Shown: positions 10,901 to 21,066 of the stretch, in pieces | How the letters are laid out: each line of letters starts with the position of its first letter | Position numbering within the stretch: the first letter of the stretch is position 1 | IMG/VR virus record: IMGVR_UViG_3300030109_002585 | Reading direction: 5' to 3' (one strand) | DNA length: 64,000 nt | Source: an uncultured virus (IMG/VR IMGVR_UViG_3300030109_002585) | Taxonomy: Duplodnaviria > Heunggongvirae > Uroviricota > Caudoviricetes | Notes under the pieces: generated by a model | The model's database searches: none | The model's input: the letters and a program-made list of their open reading frames with translations, nothing else | Told to the model about the DNA's origin: nothing | Program-made: the position numbers and the translations under genes

Positions 10901-13900
10901 AATACCACGGTGAACCATTATATGCCAATGGAGTATTTATAGGAAGAATGATAATGGCGAATCAAGTTATTGCTGATAGTACAGTAACCATTTACATAGA
11001 TACTCCACTCACTGCTGATATTGATGGACAAACTATTCAAACAATATCTGCAACAGGAAACTTTGGAGAAACTACTAAACTAACTCATGAATTAAATATG
11101 CTCAATGGTGGACATTTACATGGAGGTAAGTTTATTGGTTTATTAAATCCATATATTCGCTATGAAGGTGGTGTGGATTATAGACCTACATTAATGAATT
11201 ATCCTCTTTATTACAAAGACGCTAGTGGAAACATCACTAATTCAGCCGCCCAAAACAGTAATATGGAATGTAATACATATATACAGAAATATGGCGCACC
11301 AATATATAGGATTTATAATTTAGAAAAGGGTAATTATAACCGAGTAGGTAATTCTAACGGGGTTCAGTTTACAAACGATTATATCACAAGCAGGTACTAT
11401 ACAGAAATTCTTAGTAAAATTCCATATTATGCTTCGGCGTATAGGGTCAATTTCGGATATACTATAATAGGAAGTAGTGGCTATCTTAATAGAATAACAG
11501 GAGTAGGTAAAACCGATAGAACCGATTATGGTCATGGTCATATATTACCTGAATCAAGAGGCTTACTACCGGTTAATGGTTCAAGGTTTTTTGATACTAG
11601 TATTCATGAAAGCAATAGTGGGGCTGATGAAGTTGTATTTGGAACAACACCATTTACTCAAATCCCACCAAATCCTTTCTTATCAAAGGAAGTCCTTTAT
11701 CAAATAGACCCAAAGGTAGCAAGAATGTTTTTGTTTTCTAATTGCGATAAAGATGTCTATTCGTCAAAACGATATGATAGTTTAATGGCCGTTAGTGCTT
11801 CGTCACCTGTAATAAATAGAGACATCACGGATTATGCTTTCTTTGGTTTAGAAAAGCCATCACCCACTACCAATTCTGACCCTAAAGAATCTATGATGGG
11901 ATATACAAGTAGCGTTAATTTAACTGATGATAATTATGTTACTTCTAATATTGTATCTTCCAGCAAAACATTATCATCCCTGAAAAGATTTTCTCTTATG
12001 AGATTAACAGAAGTAGTGATTGATTGGTCCTTTAATCAAATAGACCCTGAAAACGCACCAAGCAAAGATAGGGTTCTGCCTATATTTACTTACAGTGGTT
12101 ATAATTGGACTTTAATAACAGGCGCTTCGGGCAAGTGGCAAAGCAGTACGAATGACAAGCCAGAAGTAGCCGATTATTCAGGTTCAACATTAACTGCTGA
12201 TGCTGATGTTAGTTCCGTATTATCAAACAATGATTTAGTAGTTGATGAAAATGGCAGATTGATAGGTCAAGTTGCAAGTGTTGGTGGAGCAGGTAATACG
12301 GTAATTACATTTAATGCGGCGGCTAATAAAACAAACGGTAATGCCTATTCGACGGGTCATTTGTATAAAGTAACTGCTTTAATTTCAGATAGTAATGAAG
12401 TAACTTCTTCGGGACAATCAGTTTATGGGCATGGAAAGGAAGATACATTTAATGAATGGCAACAACCTATACACATGTTAAAAAGTATTGTTACAAATGA
12501 AGCGGCAGAATATGGTAAAAATAATAGTGATTTTGATGATTTTTATGGCGTACATTTAGATGATAGCGTTCATAGTAGTAGGGCTTCTAATATCTTTTTA
12601 CCAATATCATTTGAATTAAATATGGCAAATGTTACTCAGGGCGGTGCTTCTCAAGAAAGCGACATGGGTAGCGGGACCAGCACTACGATGCAAAAGCATC
12701 CTTCTAAAATAATGAATGAATTAGACGGTATGAATACTTTTACTGATAGTAGTACGGTTGATGATAAAGACGCATTATACAATGGAATGTTACCATTGTT
12801 TTTAGATAGATTTAGCGTTGAGAATGGAAAATCAAGAGCAGATAAAGGAATGGTTGGTCAAGTAATAACAGCCGCAAGTGGTCAACAAATAGACGATACT
12901 CCAACAGATACTACCGATATGGGAATAATTGGGCTTAGAACATTTAGAGAATTTAATAGATTCGATAACTCCAAAGGAGATAGTAATGCAATAAGAACAT
13001 ATGACAAAGATACAGACGGTGTTATGTTAACATTTAAACCAAGATTATTTTTTGATGAAACAGGAGTTACCGATACATCAGCAGGGAATAGAAGTGTGTT
13101 TCATTACTTTATTGATATTGATGCAAATAAAACTGTTAATCATTACGATGATTCCGATGCCGATGATTTAGTTTCCTTTGTTTCAGACACTACTGCCGCA
13201 AGAATAAACAGGAGAAGCCTAAGATTGATGAATGATTTAACAGGTTGTTATTTAGTTTCTGAAGCAGGTAAATATCTAAATGAAAGTAATTCAGTCACAA
13301 CATATAGTCATAATGTAGTGACTCCTATATCTTTAGATGAAATGTCGCCTACTACAATTGCTTATGTATTATCTCACGAAATAGACACTACTAATACTAA
13401 TTTAAGACATATCATAACTACTGATAAGGCACTCCCTAATGGATTTTATAGAATTATGCAACCTAATCATGTCTGCATGTATAATTATTCTCCTAAAGAA
13501 ATATCATTGAATACTTTATCTTCTAAATACACTAAGATGTCAGGGGAAGATTCTTGTTATACATCTATCAATTCATATATAGTAGCAGATAAAAAATCAA
13601 AAAAACAAATTCAAAATGTATATAACACAGGAGATAATGAGGCGGCTTTATCTATGTATTTAGTTGCTGATTTAGATGTTCAGGGTTCTTCGGATTATGT
13701 AGTTTTAAGAGAAGGAAATAACTTTGAGAGTATATTAGATAGCGATATAGCATATAATGTGTGCGTTTCAGATGGAGAAAACCCATTCAAGGCTTCTTTG
13801 GAATATATTGATAGCGGCGTTGACATAGGACATGTTATTAAATTCTCAGATATGAAAGAACAATTAGGTATTGTTTCTGTTTCTGAAGTATTTAATTTAA

Positions 13901-14865
13901 CTTTATCAGAAGATATAGAGTTAGACATGGAAAGAGGTATGATAGGAAGTACCGTTACTATTTGTAATGAAGCGGAAGATTTAGTTAATGAATTGTTGGA
14001 AGAAGAAGGTATTGAGTTTGAAAATACTTCTCCCGAATACCCTTTATTTATAGCACCTAACTATCAGGGTATTGATTTATTTTCAGCAATAAACTTTTTA
14101 TTAAGCAAGAAAGAAAAAACTCTTTTCCATGATAATGACACTTTCCAAATAAAATCAAAGAGCGATGTTTTCTTCGATACGGGCGTGTTTATTAGTGATT
14201 CTTCTGATGTTGAATTATATAATTACGAAAGAGAAGAAGATTTATTCAATCTAAAAAATGAAATTGCAGTATATGGGTCAAGTCATAAAGCAGTTAGAAG
14301 TGATTTTACCAGCATAAAAGAAGATGGTAAGAAGACTTTAGAAGTGTATGATAATAAATTAACTACTCAGGAAGAAGTTAATGAAAGAGCCGAACAAGAA
14401 TTAGCACTACATACATCTTTAAATGAACGAATAGAAATAGAAGTAGGACACAAAAACTTATCCCAAGTAAAAGCAGGTGACATAGTGGAATTAGAAATAC
14501 CAAGAGAAAATGTCCGAAGAAATACATATAAGGTTTTACAGAATGAGCATTTATTAACAGGCAACATGAAACTACAATTAGGAAGATATAGTAAGGTTTT
14601 AGAAGATAGGTTCTCAGAATTGGCTATTGAGGCAAAAAATTTAAGAACAGCAATTAGAGATAAAAGATTTGACGAAAGTAAGGTAGGATATATTATGTCA
14701 GAAGACATAAAAATTAAACCTATTCGTTTTGTTATTAGAGAAAGGGGAAGTAGTGGTGGTGCGCCTTTAGGATTTGGGACACCCCTAAATACTAGCACTA
14801 GGCCATTAGGACATGAGGAAGGTAGTGGTGTTACTTACACTACATTATTGGAGGAAGAGTATTGA
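7981..14865 (+). CDS. Giant tail tip/baseplate-hub or host-recognition protein (2294 aa)
   Basis: Hub-like segments (FSGAIEKI..IAGRS; C-terminal AGDIVELEIP...YKVLQ) interrupted by large beta-rich insertions. Confidence 0.6.
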   Translation: MSRIFAEGSGAVRNVSETLNTNSNTTLTNVGGVYYIGMGVTGTGIPDNTYVTATSLGSDELTISQAATATAEISATFNKTNYDTATNPRFKTFNAYSGSERLYTIVYEQTPSGSAETLVQQLAGSDSADTEYSNLETTEGFKIMAYDFNTGVGLELSMNLTNDNYFVLVHSDDYTQHHFAKITSTITENNTTNGGTVENTVVGFEFEPKLGTEIERDTKFMVFKGPPVADTARACKLLAVSAGIKKDLQNDLVCAKPLFYFFNDNLDKDNQLDHNTKYFMKFLGANATTVTPSVTNTFVTVSDNKAVIKDYSKYTHNIKIVDNLKNMDYPAYKEGGTNLPLALVNEWNGTNTHPTTVPSVFTDYNDCFPNARRDSDLDISSTAALSGAGQSAQVFTGPIRYVHYDFSPTRANKAYNVFDLNVLDSSESRGSFLECKMVDNKRLLDSKLKRLDKIRVRHRLHKGIFNDWFALKATIKSSLGSNEYRFTTEYDLDTMFNVGDEVKIGTGASAPILIIETIDAINNSGTTGKEQDITFRAVSRIEGTGLFGSSGYTLSEGAVIYRRAWNNTDKTLLTTFDIIENRHNNLYVKLISSDFGFLEASVTNSDANKQLLTLSFAGTSHSGSDTALDYMDGSFYIEVEKFSGAIEKIHKTKKDGQTIFTIAGRSEVRKLLGPIVNKNTLHSEDIIYSTNSPYERLFYAGSGVAATCSFNSKLVVCSGTHSLAEGDDIYLLGGGNSDTVSYIGRVDVLGGLDGDGDPDGSNSTTRVVLEENSLAESNEGTGAHILLRSHSNYYVFNKALSSNRAVDSVSTLSGASSKGLFFTGGTSQNLGGTETGSLIGTSCSTNPKAKGFYLSDCLSILSDGKFQARLDDNATGTTTATDKTYQTFDTVNTLLDFTVLSQTRTDNRTVVELAPYIPLTLGRVDINYANVKDTTFNATTLGVVGASTIGDMSFVTTAASASYNALSTTASARKYHGEPLYANGVFIGRMIMANQVIADSTVTIYIDTPLTADIDGQTIQTISATGNFGETTKLTHELNMLNGGHLHGGKFIGLLNPYIRYEGGVDYRPTLMNYPLYYKDASGNITNSAAQNSNMECNTYIQKYGAPIYRIYNLEKGNYNRVGNSNGVQFTNDYITSRYYTEILSKIPYYASAYRVNFGYTIIGSSGYLNRITGVGKTDRTDYGHGHILPESRGLLPVNGSRFFDTSIHESNSGADEVVFGTTPFTQIPPNPFLSKEVLYQIDPKVARMFLFSNCDKDVYSSKRYDSLMAVSASSPVINRDITDYAFFGLEKPSPTTNSDPKESMMGYTSSVNLTDDNYVTSNIVSSSKTLSSLKRFSLMRLTEVVIDWSFNQIDPENAPSKDRVLPIFTYSGYNWTLITGASGKWQSSTNDKPEVADYSGSTLTADADVSSVLSNNDLVVDENGRLIGQVASVGGAGNTVITFNAAANKTNGNAYSTGHLYKVTALISDSNEVTSSGQSVYGHGKEDTFNEWQQPIHMLKSIVTNEAAEYGKNNSDFDDFYGVHLDDSVHSSRASNIFLPISFELNMANVTQGGASQESDMGSGTSTTMQKHPSKIMNELDGMNTFTDSSTVDDKDALYNGMLPLFLDRFSVENGKSRADKGMVGQVITAASGQQIDDTPTDTTDMGIIGLRTFREFNRFDNSKGDSNAIRTYDKDTDGVMLTFKPRLFFDETGVTDTSAGNRSVFHYFIDIDANKTVNHYDDSDADDLVSFVSDTTAARINRRSLRLMNDLTGCYLVSEAGKYLNESNSVTTYSHNVVTPISLDEMSPTTIAYVLSHEIDTTNTNLRHIITTDKALPNGFYRIMQPNHVCMYNYSPKEISLNTLSSKYTKMSGEDSCYTSINSYIVADKKSKKQIQNVYNTGDNEAALSMYLVADLDVQGSSDYVVLREGNNFESILDSDIAYNVCVSDGENPFKASLEYIDSGVDIGHVIKFSDMKEQLGIVSVSEVFNLTLSEDIELDMERGMIGSTVTICNEAEDLVNELLEEEGIEFENTSPEYPLFIAPNYQGIDLFSAINFLLSKKEKTLFHDNDTFQIKSKSDVFFDTGVFISDSSDVELYNYEREEDLFNLKNEIAVYGSSHKAVRSDFTSIKEDGKKTLEVYDNKLTTQEEVNERAEQELALHTSLNERIEIEVGHKNLSQVKAGDIVELEIPRENVRRNTYKVLQNEHLLTGNMKLQLGRYSKVLEDRFSELAIEAKNLRTAIRDKRFDESKVGYIMSEDIKIKPIRFVIRERGSSGGAPLGFGTPLNTSTRPLGHEEGSGVTYTTLLEEEY

Positions 14866-15215
14866 TAACAGACAAATTCAAATCGCTCATGGCAGACCAA
14901 TTAGTTACATTACTAACTAACGCAAGGGTCGGACAAGGTGGTAATTCAACTAGTCCCGCCGCAACAGATTTAGATGTCGATATTGGAGCGTCTGATTCAT
15001 CTTATACTAAATCAGCAATCAAGTCTGGTGAAAATACAGTGGAATACAGTCTAAGAATAGCAGGTTCTAATACTAATTTAACGGGCAAAAGTATTAGAGA
15101 AGCGGCATTTTTTGATTCAAACGGTAATATGTTAGCAAGATTAAATTTTGACGCAATAGGGCCAATAGCAAATACAAGTGATTTAGAAATATTTTTCTTA
15201 TTAGAGGTGGAATGA
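14862..15215 (+). CDS. Putative tail-collar/fibre attachment protein
   Basis: IREAAFFDSNGNMLAR resembles tail-collar fibre N-terminal domains. Confidence 0.55.
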   Translation: MITDKFKSLMADQLVTLLTNARVGQGGNSTSPAATDLDVDIGASDSSYTKSAIKSGENTVEYSLRIAGSNTNLTGKSIREAAFFDSNGNMLARLNFDAIGPIANTSDLEIFFLLEVE

Positions 15216-15216
15216 A

Positions 15217-17175
15217 ATGGTACAAATAGAAAACCCGCATTGGTATAGTACAACAACAGGCGCAACAACTACAACGCAAATAACTGACGATATTGATTAT
15301 CCGCATACAGGATTAATTAAATCATTAAGTCAAGGTATTAGAGGCAATTATGCTATTAAAAGTAGTGCTACTTGTTTTGATATTACATTTGCAGATGGAG
15401 GTTCATTAACTACTATTGCAGTATTAACAGGTAAAGTATTTAGAGATGGTAAATTAAAAACTGTTACTGCTCTAAGCGCAACGGACATGGCAACTAATTA
15501 TAACTCAGGAACAGGTGCAGTTGATATTACCCCTCATGCAACTGAAGATGTATATTTATTACTGGTAGCAAAAGATGGCGGAGGTTCTAATGATACAATG
15601 GTATTACGAGGAAGTAATGCTGTAACTAACAGGGTTCCTGACTTTGTTGAAGGAGATATACCTATTGCTGTTATTAAAATTACAGCAGGTTCAGCCGATG
15701 ATTCAGCCGCAACTTCTGATAGATTAGTGCAATTCTTAACTACAAGTAAAGTTAGTAATGATTTAAGCATTGGATATGATAGTTCGGGATATACTGAAAT
15801 GTCTAAAATAAGTGCCGCTTCTGGCGGAACAACTGTTGAAGTCGGTACTGCTGGTGGAGATTTTATTATTGATAATACAGACGCAGATAAAAAAATTGTA
15901 GCGAGATTAGGTAGCGATACTACCGCTACTGCTTTTGAAGTTAGAAATAATTCTGATGCGGCTAAGTTTGCAGTTGATGGTTCAGGAGTTACTGATATTA
16001 AATCGTTAAAAGTAGGTACTGCGGGTGAATTAACTATTACAGAATCTTCTGATGATATTTACATAACAAATACAGTTTCAAATAAAGATATTATTTTTAG
16101 AGTAAATGATGACGGTACTGCCGACCAACCGGTAATGACGATAAGTGGGTCTGCACAAAAAGTAAGAATTACTTCTCAAGTTACTGGTACAGGTAATGGG
16201 CCAAAGTTAGAATTATTGCGTGACCCTTCTGATAATGGTACTGCTGATGGTGATGATTTAGGATTAATTAGTTTCTTAGGTGCAGACCACAATAATACTG
16301 AACAGGAATATGTAAGAATAATGGCTGAAATAGTTGATGAAACCCATGCTTCGGAAGATTCTCAACTGTTTATTAGAACCATGAAAGGGGGTTCTTTAGT
16401 CTATAATCTAAAATTTACACCTACTCAAACTATGTTTAATGCGGATAATGAAGATATAGATGTAAGAATTGATGGTGCGGCAGACTATTTATTTTATGCT
16501 GACTCTTCTGCTGATGCAATAGGCATAGGGACAAATGCACCTGCTAATAGACTACAAGTTTCTCATACTGCGGCAGATGGTGATAATGGAATAATGATTG
16601 TTAGAGAAGATACTTCAACTGCTGATGGAGATTTATTAGGGGGTATTGGTTTTGATTCCACAGATGGAAATGTCCCTTCATCCGTTTTAGAATCTTCTGC
16701 TTTTATTGCTTCTCTTGCAACTGAAGACCACGGAACCGGAGATAAAGGAGGTAATCTTAAACTTGGAGTATCTTTAATAGATGAAAATGATGATGTTGTT
16801 TCCACTACTCTAGCAAGTATAGGGCCACCTGATACTACGGCTAATGCAACTTGTCATGCTGGATTTAATTCAAGAGCAACAACCGCTATTGTAGCGGCGG
16901 CTACTTATGCTCCTACTATCGGAGATTCAGGAACATTAGTTATATTTAAACACGCTAACTCTAATTTAACTTTACCTTCTGTTAATAATGACACAAGTGC
17001 AGGTGTTCAATTTACTGTATTTAATGAAACAGGTTCGGACATTAGCGCACAAATAGCCGTTTCTAATTCGGCTACGATTAATGGTGGTGCGGCTTCCGCT
17101 TTAGATGATATAGAATCCTATAAGGCGGCTACATTTGTTTGTAGCGGTAATAACACTTGGATAAGAATTGGGTGA
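15217..17175 (+). CDS. Tail fibre/receptor-binding protein
   Basis: 652 aa, G/T/D-rich; IGIGTNAP fibre repeat motif; C-terminal beta domain. Confidence 0.65.
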   Translation: MVQIENPHWYSTTTGATTTTQITDDIDYPHTGLIKSLSQGIRGNYAIKSSATCFDITFADGGSLTTIAVLTGKVFRDGKLKTVTALSATDMATNYNSGTGAVDITPHATEDVYLLLVAKDGGGSNDTMVLRGSNAVTNRVPDFVEGDIPIAVIKITAGSADDSAATSDRLVQFLTTSKVSNDLSIGYDSSGYTEMSKISAASGGTTVEVGTAGGDFIIDNTDADKKIVARLGSDTTATAFEVRNNSDAAKFAVDGSGVTDIKSLKVGTAGELTITESSDDIYITNTVSNKDIIFRVNDDGTADQPVMTISGSAQKVRITSQVTGTGNGPKLELLRDPSDNGTADGDDLGLISFLGADHNNTEQEYVRIMAEIVDETHASEDSQLFIRTMKGGSLVYNLKFTPTQTMFNADNEDIDVRIDGAADYLFYADSSADAIGIGTNAPANRLQVSHTAADGDNGIMIVREDTSTADGDLLGGIGFDSTDGNVPSSVLESSAFIASLATEDHGTGDKGGNLKLGVSLIDENDDVVSTTLASIGPPDTTANATCHAGFNSRATTAIVAAATYAPTIGDSGTLVIFKHANSNLTLPSVNNDTSAGVQFTVFNETGSDISAQIAVSNSATINGGAASALDDIESYKAATFVCSGNNTWIRIG

Positions 17176-17179
17176 TTAA

Positions 17180-17635
17180 ATGGGCTTACATTGGCAATAC
17201 GGCGTTGTTCAAAATGCTAGTGGTGCGTCCCTTGCAGTTTCATTTGTTACTGACGGTTCTGCGCCTTTAGATGAAAATATAAATTATGCTGTCGCCCAAA
17301 CAGGTTCAACAGTTGCTTTTATTTCGGGTACTGGCGGAGTCCCAATATGGGATTTATCAGTGGTGGCTACGGGCGGTAGTGGAAGTTATACTTATGCTTG
17401 GACTAATAGCGAAGTAGGGGGTTCAGATACATTTAATGTTTATAGTGTTAATTCGACTGGAACAACAAATGCCGCACGATACAATACATTGGCTATTAAC
17501 GGTACAATACCAGCAAATGCTTCTGACCCGCCTCATGATGTATCATACGAAATTAGTTGTAGGGTTCAAGACGGTGCAGGTGGAGATATTACAGTAACAA
17601 GAACCTGTGCGTTTATAGCAGTTGCAACACCGTGA
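17180..17635 (+). CDS. Ig-like virion accessory protein
   Basis: ATGGSGSYTYAW motif; last gene of the tail operon. Confidence 0.5.
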   Translation: MGLHWQYGVVQNASGASLAVSFVTDGSAPLDENINYAVAQTGSTVAFISGTGGVPIWDLSVVATGGSGSYTYAWTNSEVGGSDTFNVYSVNSTGTTNAARYNTLAINGTIPANASDPPHDVSYEISCRVQDGAGGDITVTRTCAFIAVATP

Positions 17636-17677
17636 ATAGTCCAATTTGCGTTCTTAAAAAGACCATTTGAAAAACCA

Positions 17678-17722
17678 AAAAAAAATGGGAGAAGTAGCCC
17701 GTAAAGACTACTTCCCCCTATT
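17678..17722. terminator. Terminator hairpin between the convergent structural and replication operons
   Basis: A-tract followed by the gaagtag...ctacttc stem-loop at the strand switch. Confidence 0.6.
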
Positions 17723-17861
17723 GTGTTTTATTAGACCAAATACCGCCGCATTCACGGCATTCCCATAACTTGAGTCTTTCATTGGAACCTACATAAAATC
17801 CCAATAAACGCTTCGCTAAAGTATCTTTATTACAATACTTGCAATTCTGTTTTAAACTCAT
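17718..17861 (-). CDS. Small Zn-ribbon protein (47 aa)
   Basis: Read manually: MSLKQNCKYC...WECRECGGIW. Confidence 0.6.
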   Translation of the reverse strand: MSLKQNCKYCNKDTLAKRLLGFYVGSNERLKLWECRECGGIWSNKTQ

Positions 17862-18013
17862 TGTTTCCCGTCACCTTCGGATTCTCCAATAAGCCTTCTC
17901 ATGTAATCTTCAACGCTTTGGTCGGTTATATTGTTACCACCAAAAGCCGCAAAGAATAACAGAGTTACTACTATTAGAAAAATCAAAAGACCGAACCATT
18001 CTGCTGTACTCAT
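17858..18013 (-). CDS. Small membrane protein (51 aa)
   Basis: Read manually: MSTAEWFGLLIFLIVVTLLFFAAFGG...; one transmembrane helix. Confidence 0.55.
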   Translation of the reverse strand: MSTAEWFGLLIFLIVVTLLFFAAFGGNNITDQSVEDYMRRLIGESEGDGKQ

Positions 18014-18615
18014 TACCATTCCACTCCTAATTCTATAAACTCTTCTTTGTCAATAGAGAACGCTTTAACAATACCTTTATCCTGTCCATACTTCCAAAGG
18101 TCATATACTAGTTGAGTATCTTTCATACAATATTCAACGACTTCATCGTATTGGCCCATTTTCCATAATTTAGGTGCATCTGCGCTTTCCATTAGTTTAG
18201 CATCATCTAAGGAACACTTTACTAGATTCTTTAGTTGAATCCTTTCACCGTGTTCCTTTAAAATATATTTACTTGTATCAATATATTTTTCATCTCCTAG
18301 ATATTTATGTATGCAATAAATATCCATAGAGTCTCTTAATATAGGTAAATCAAATGCGGCTATGTTATGTCCTAACAATACTCCGCCTTTTTGTAAATGA
18401 TTATCTAAATCATATTTTAGTTCACCTAATGATTTAACTACATGACCTGATTTAGCAAATGTATCTAAAGGTTCATCGACATAAACAGTACCATTATTAC
18501 CATCCCAAGTAGCAACGGTTGATACTTGAAACATGTGAGTATTACCGAAACCACCTATGTCATGAGACATATTCTTGGTTTCAATATCTAATGCCAAAAC
18601 CGACATTATAATCAC
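18013..18615 (-). CDS. DEDD/DnaQ-like 3'-5' exonuclease
   Basis: LDIET, GHNIAAFD and YCMKD ExoI-III motifs. Confidence 0.85.
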   Translation of the reverse strand: MIIMSVLALDIETKNMSHDIGGFGNTHMFQVSTVATWDGNNGTVYVDEPLDTFAKSGHVVKSLGELKYDLDNHLQKGGVLLGHNIAAFDLPILRDSMDIYCIHKYLGDEKYIDTSKYILKEHGERIQLKNLVKCSLDDAKLMESADAPKLWKMGQYDEVVEYCMKDTQLVYDLWKYGQDKGIVKAFSIDKEEFIELGVEW

Positions 18616-18839
18616 GCACTACCATTAGCCCAAAGTTTAGAGATTTTCTTAGCATCTTCGTCAACTTCTTCTTCATGGCCGCCAATCTTTCTTTTTAAGA
18701 AAGCAACGATGTTTGCACCTGCTATACTTAGCATAGAACAACATTCCCATCCTTCATCGCCATAAGTGTCTAAAGTCTCTATAATTACTTTTGGTCCTTT
18801 TGTTACATCAAAAACTACATATGTATTTTCCCATTTCAT
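18612..18839 (-). CDS. DUF4177-like small protein
   Basis: KWENTYV...LDTYGDEGWE pattern. Confidence 0.55.
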   Translation of the reverse strand: MKWENTYVVFDVTKGPKVIIETLDTYGDEGWECCSMLSIAGANIVAFLKRKIGGHEEEVDEDAKKISKLWANGSA

Positions 18840-20365
18840 TTCTTCTCACCTTTTAATCTAATGAATACTGACCTACCAACTTTATCTGTTTCAAAGTTAT
18901 GTTCATTGTTATTCCACAATTGATATATTCTGCTCTTTTTAAGACCGGTTTCTGATAGAAGAGTATCTAAAAATAATTTCTTACTAACATAGCCTTCTTC
19001 ATCTTTATCCATTTCTGTGAATATCTTAATAAAAGCAGGTTCTTGACTTTGTTCAGCCGTTGTCCTACGCCTTACTCTTAGGCTTCGCTCTAACCAGTCC
19101 ACCAATGTCATATAACACTGTCGCACGATAGAGGCCGCTTGCCTCACATTGTACCCCGTAACCAAGAAGCGGTCCTCTTCTTTGGTAATAGACCGACTTT
19201 GCGCCACACTGCATAGAACAGACATTTTAAACAGTATTTTAAGCAAACGGGTAGTAAAATTAGATGCTATCTTTCTAACTTCAGGAGAAGCCGACTGAAT
19301 GTATGCTTCCATACCTTCGTATTCAAACTCTAGAACAGCATTAAATTCGGGTGAAAACTTCATTACTTTTAATCCATCTTTACCGACTTCTTCCCATCTT
19401 TGCTTTACCATAGAATATATTTTAAATAAAGCATTTGCATGTTTATCAATTGGCATGTCTATATCAACGATTTTACCTGCATAAGATATTTGTTTTCTTC
19501 TCATTTTATCCTGAATAAAATGCGGAACATCCCAGATAAACAACAGCATTCTTTGAAGAACACCCTTTTCTGTCATTACTGATTCTAACTTGTGAGGTGG
19601 ATATGTCATAGCCAATACTGAACGCTCACAAAAACATTCCATTGTGTCGCCTTCTTTTAACTTTTTAGACACAACCCAATTTTCACCATGTAATGTATTC
19701 ATAAAAGTATTAAGCATAACAATAGCATCTTGTTTATGTTGACTTTCTTTAAATACCCCTGAGTATTCAAATTCGTCCCAATGTGCTAAACCACTATTTT
19801 CTAATTCACCTGCAACTCTTTTTTGTCTAAACTCGCCTTTAGTTTCACTATCTTCTCTTTTATCTAATTCTTCTTTATAGTGTCCTATAAGTGCCGCATC
19901 AGTGTATAGAGTAGTTGAAAACACATTAAAGTTTTTAGGTGCTTTAGTAACAAAATCTCCTTCATATTCAGGAGGAATCAATTCTGCTAGGGGATGACTA
20001 TTAGTATCATTAATTTTCTTAAATGTTTTTCTAGCCACCGGACCCACGAAATTATACAAAGTTGATTTTCCTGTACCCGAAGTTTGGATTTGACAAAAAT
20101 GTATTCTTGAATCTTCAATACTAAAACCATTTGGTATCTTAATATAGTCTTTACATATTTGACCTAATATAACAAAGAAAGATACTGCGGCAGGTATTTC
20201 ATTATAGTGCGCTACATTAGTAGCGTCTTTTTGAAACTCTTGAACAATTGCAGGTAATTGGCCTGTAAAAGCCTGAGTATTTTCTTCATATATCTCCATA
20301 TATTTTTCTTCATCTTCACCTTCATACATCAAGGCTGTTCTATTCTCTTCACTAACTTCATTCAT
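18836..20365 (-). CDS. AAA+ ATPase, putative MCM-like replicative helicase
   Basis: Walker A SGTGKST, Walker B HWDEFE, LQR arginine finger, C-terminal winged-helix-like region. Confidence 0.6.
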   Translation of the reverse strand: MNEVSEENRTALMYEGEDEEKYMEIYEENTQAFTGQLPAIVQEFQKDATNVAHYNEIPAAVSFFVILGQICKDYIKIPNGFSIEDSRIHFCQIQTSGTGKSTLYNFVGPVARKTFKKINDTNSHPLAELIPPEYEGDFVTKAPKNFNVFSTTLYTDAALIGHYKEELDKREDSETKGEFRQKRVAGELENSGLAHWDEFEYSGVFKESQHKQDAIVMLNTFMNTLHGENWVVSKKLKEGDTMECFCERSVLAMTYPPHKLESVMTEKGVLQRMLLFIWDVPHFIQDKMRRKQISYAGKIVDIDMPIDKHANALFKIYSMVKQRWEEVGKDGLKVMKFSPEFNAVLEFEYEGMEAYIQSASPEVRKIASNFTTRLLKILFKMSVLCSVAQSRSITKEEDRFLVTGYNVRQAASIVRQCYMTLVDWLERSLRVRRRTTAEQSQEPAFIKIFTEMDKDEEGYVSKKLFLDTLLSETGLKKSRIYQLWNNNEHNFETDKVGRSVFIRLKGEKK

Positions 20366-21066
20366 ATTTTCACCTTCTTTTCACTATTTAATGTGTCTAA
20401 TATTCTTTTTGCGGTTTTCTCACCGATACCATCCATGTAACACAATTCATGGACTGTTTGCTCTCCTATTTCCATAATGCTTCCATATTCTTTAATAAAG
20501 GCTTTAGCCTTCTTTAAGGAAACACCTTTGATGCTAGTTAATACATCTAATCTTAAATCATCCGTTGTTATTCTTTTGAATATCTCAGGTCTAATTACAT
20601 CTCTTTCAATAGGTTTCATTTTACAAATGGCACTTATAATTAGTGCCGCTTCTTCTTCTGTTGGAACCCAAAAAGCCTTTACATCAGTATCTAAAGTAAT
20701 TCTTCCGATACCACCTAGAAACTTATTATTTAACATTATACTTCTTGCAGGTTCTTGAATGTTGGATTTACCATGTCTTTTAACATTATAAATCGCTTCT
20801 TCTAGAGTACCATAGATGATTACTACATTGGTTTTGTAGTGTCTATCCATGTTATCTATTTGAGTCCATATTCTTTTACTCATAACTGAGCCTAAGAAAT
20901 CAGTTGTTGATTTTGCTTCAAAGCATACATCATCAAAAACATAGTCTCCAATCTCAAGCCATTTCTTTTCTGTTTTAATACCTAAAGTTTTACATTTAGA
21001 CTGTACTAATTTAACTAATCTAGAACCTTCTTTTTCTCTGCTATCTATTACTAACATATTACTCAC
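20362..21066 (-). CDS. ERCC4/XPF nuclease with HhH motifs
   Basis: IDSRE, GDY and EAKS..DF motifs; GIGEKTA HhH. Confidence 0.9.
   Translation of the reverse strand: MSNMLVIDSREKEGSRLVKLVQSKCKTLGIKTEKKWLEIGDYVFDDVCFEAKSTTDFLGSVMSKRIWTQIDNMDRHYKTNVVIIYGTLEEAIYNVKRHGKSNIQEPARSIMLNNKFLGGIGRITLDTDVKAFWVPTEEEAALIISAICKMKPIERDVIRPEIFKRITTDDLRLDVLTSIKGVSLKKAKAFIKEYGSIMEIGEQTVHELCYMDGIGEKTAKRILDTLNSEKKVKI

Noticed and set aside
425..16805. Minus-strand ORFs in the tail module (e.g. 425..802, 4582..5253, 14367..14798)
   Set aside because: Antisense shadows of long + strand genes with no motifs; the same applies to + strand shadows within 18-55 kb
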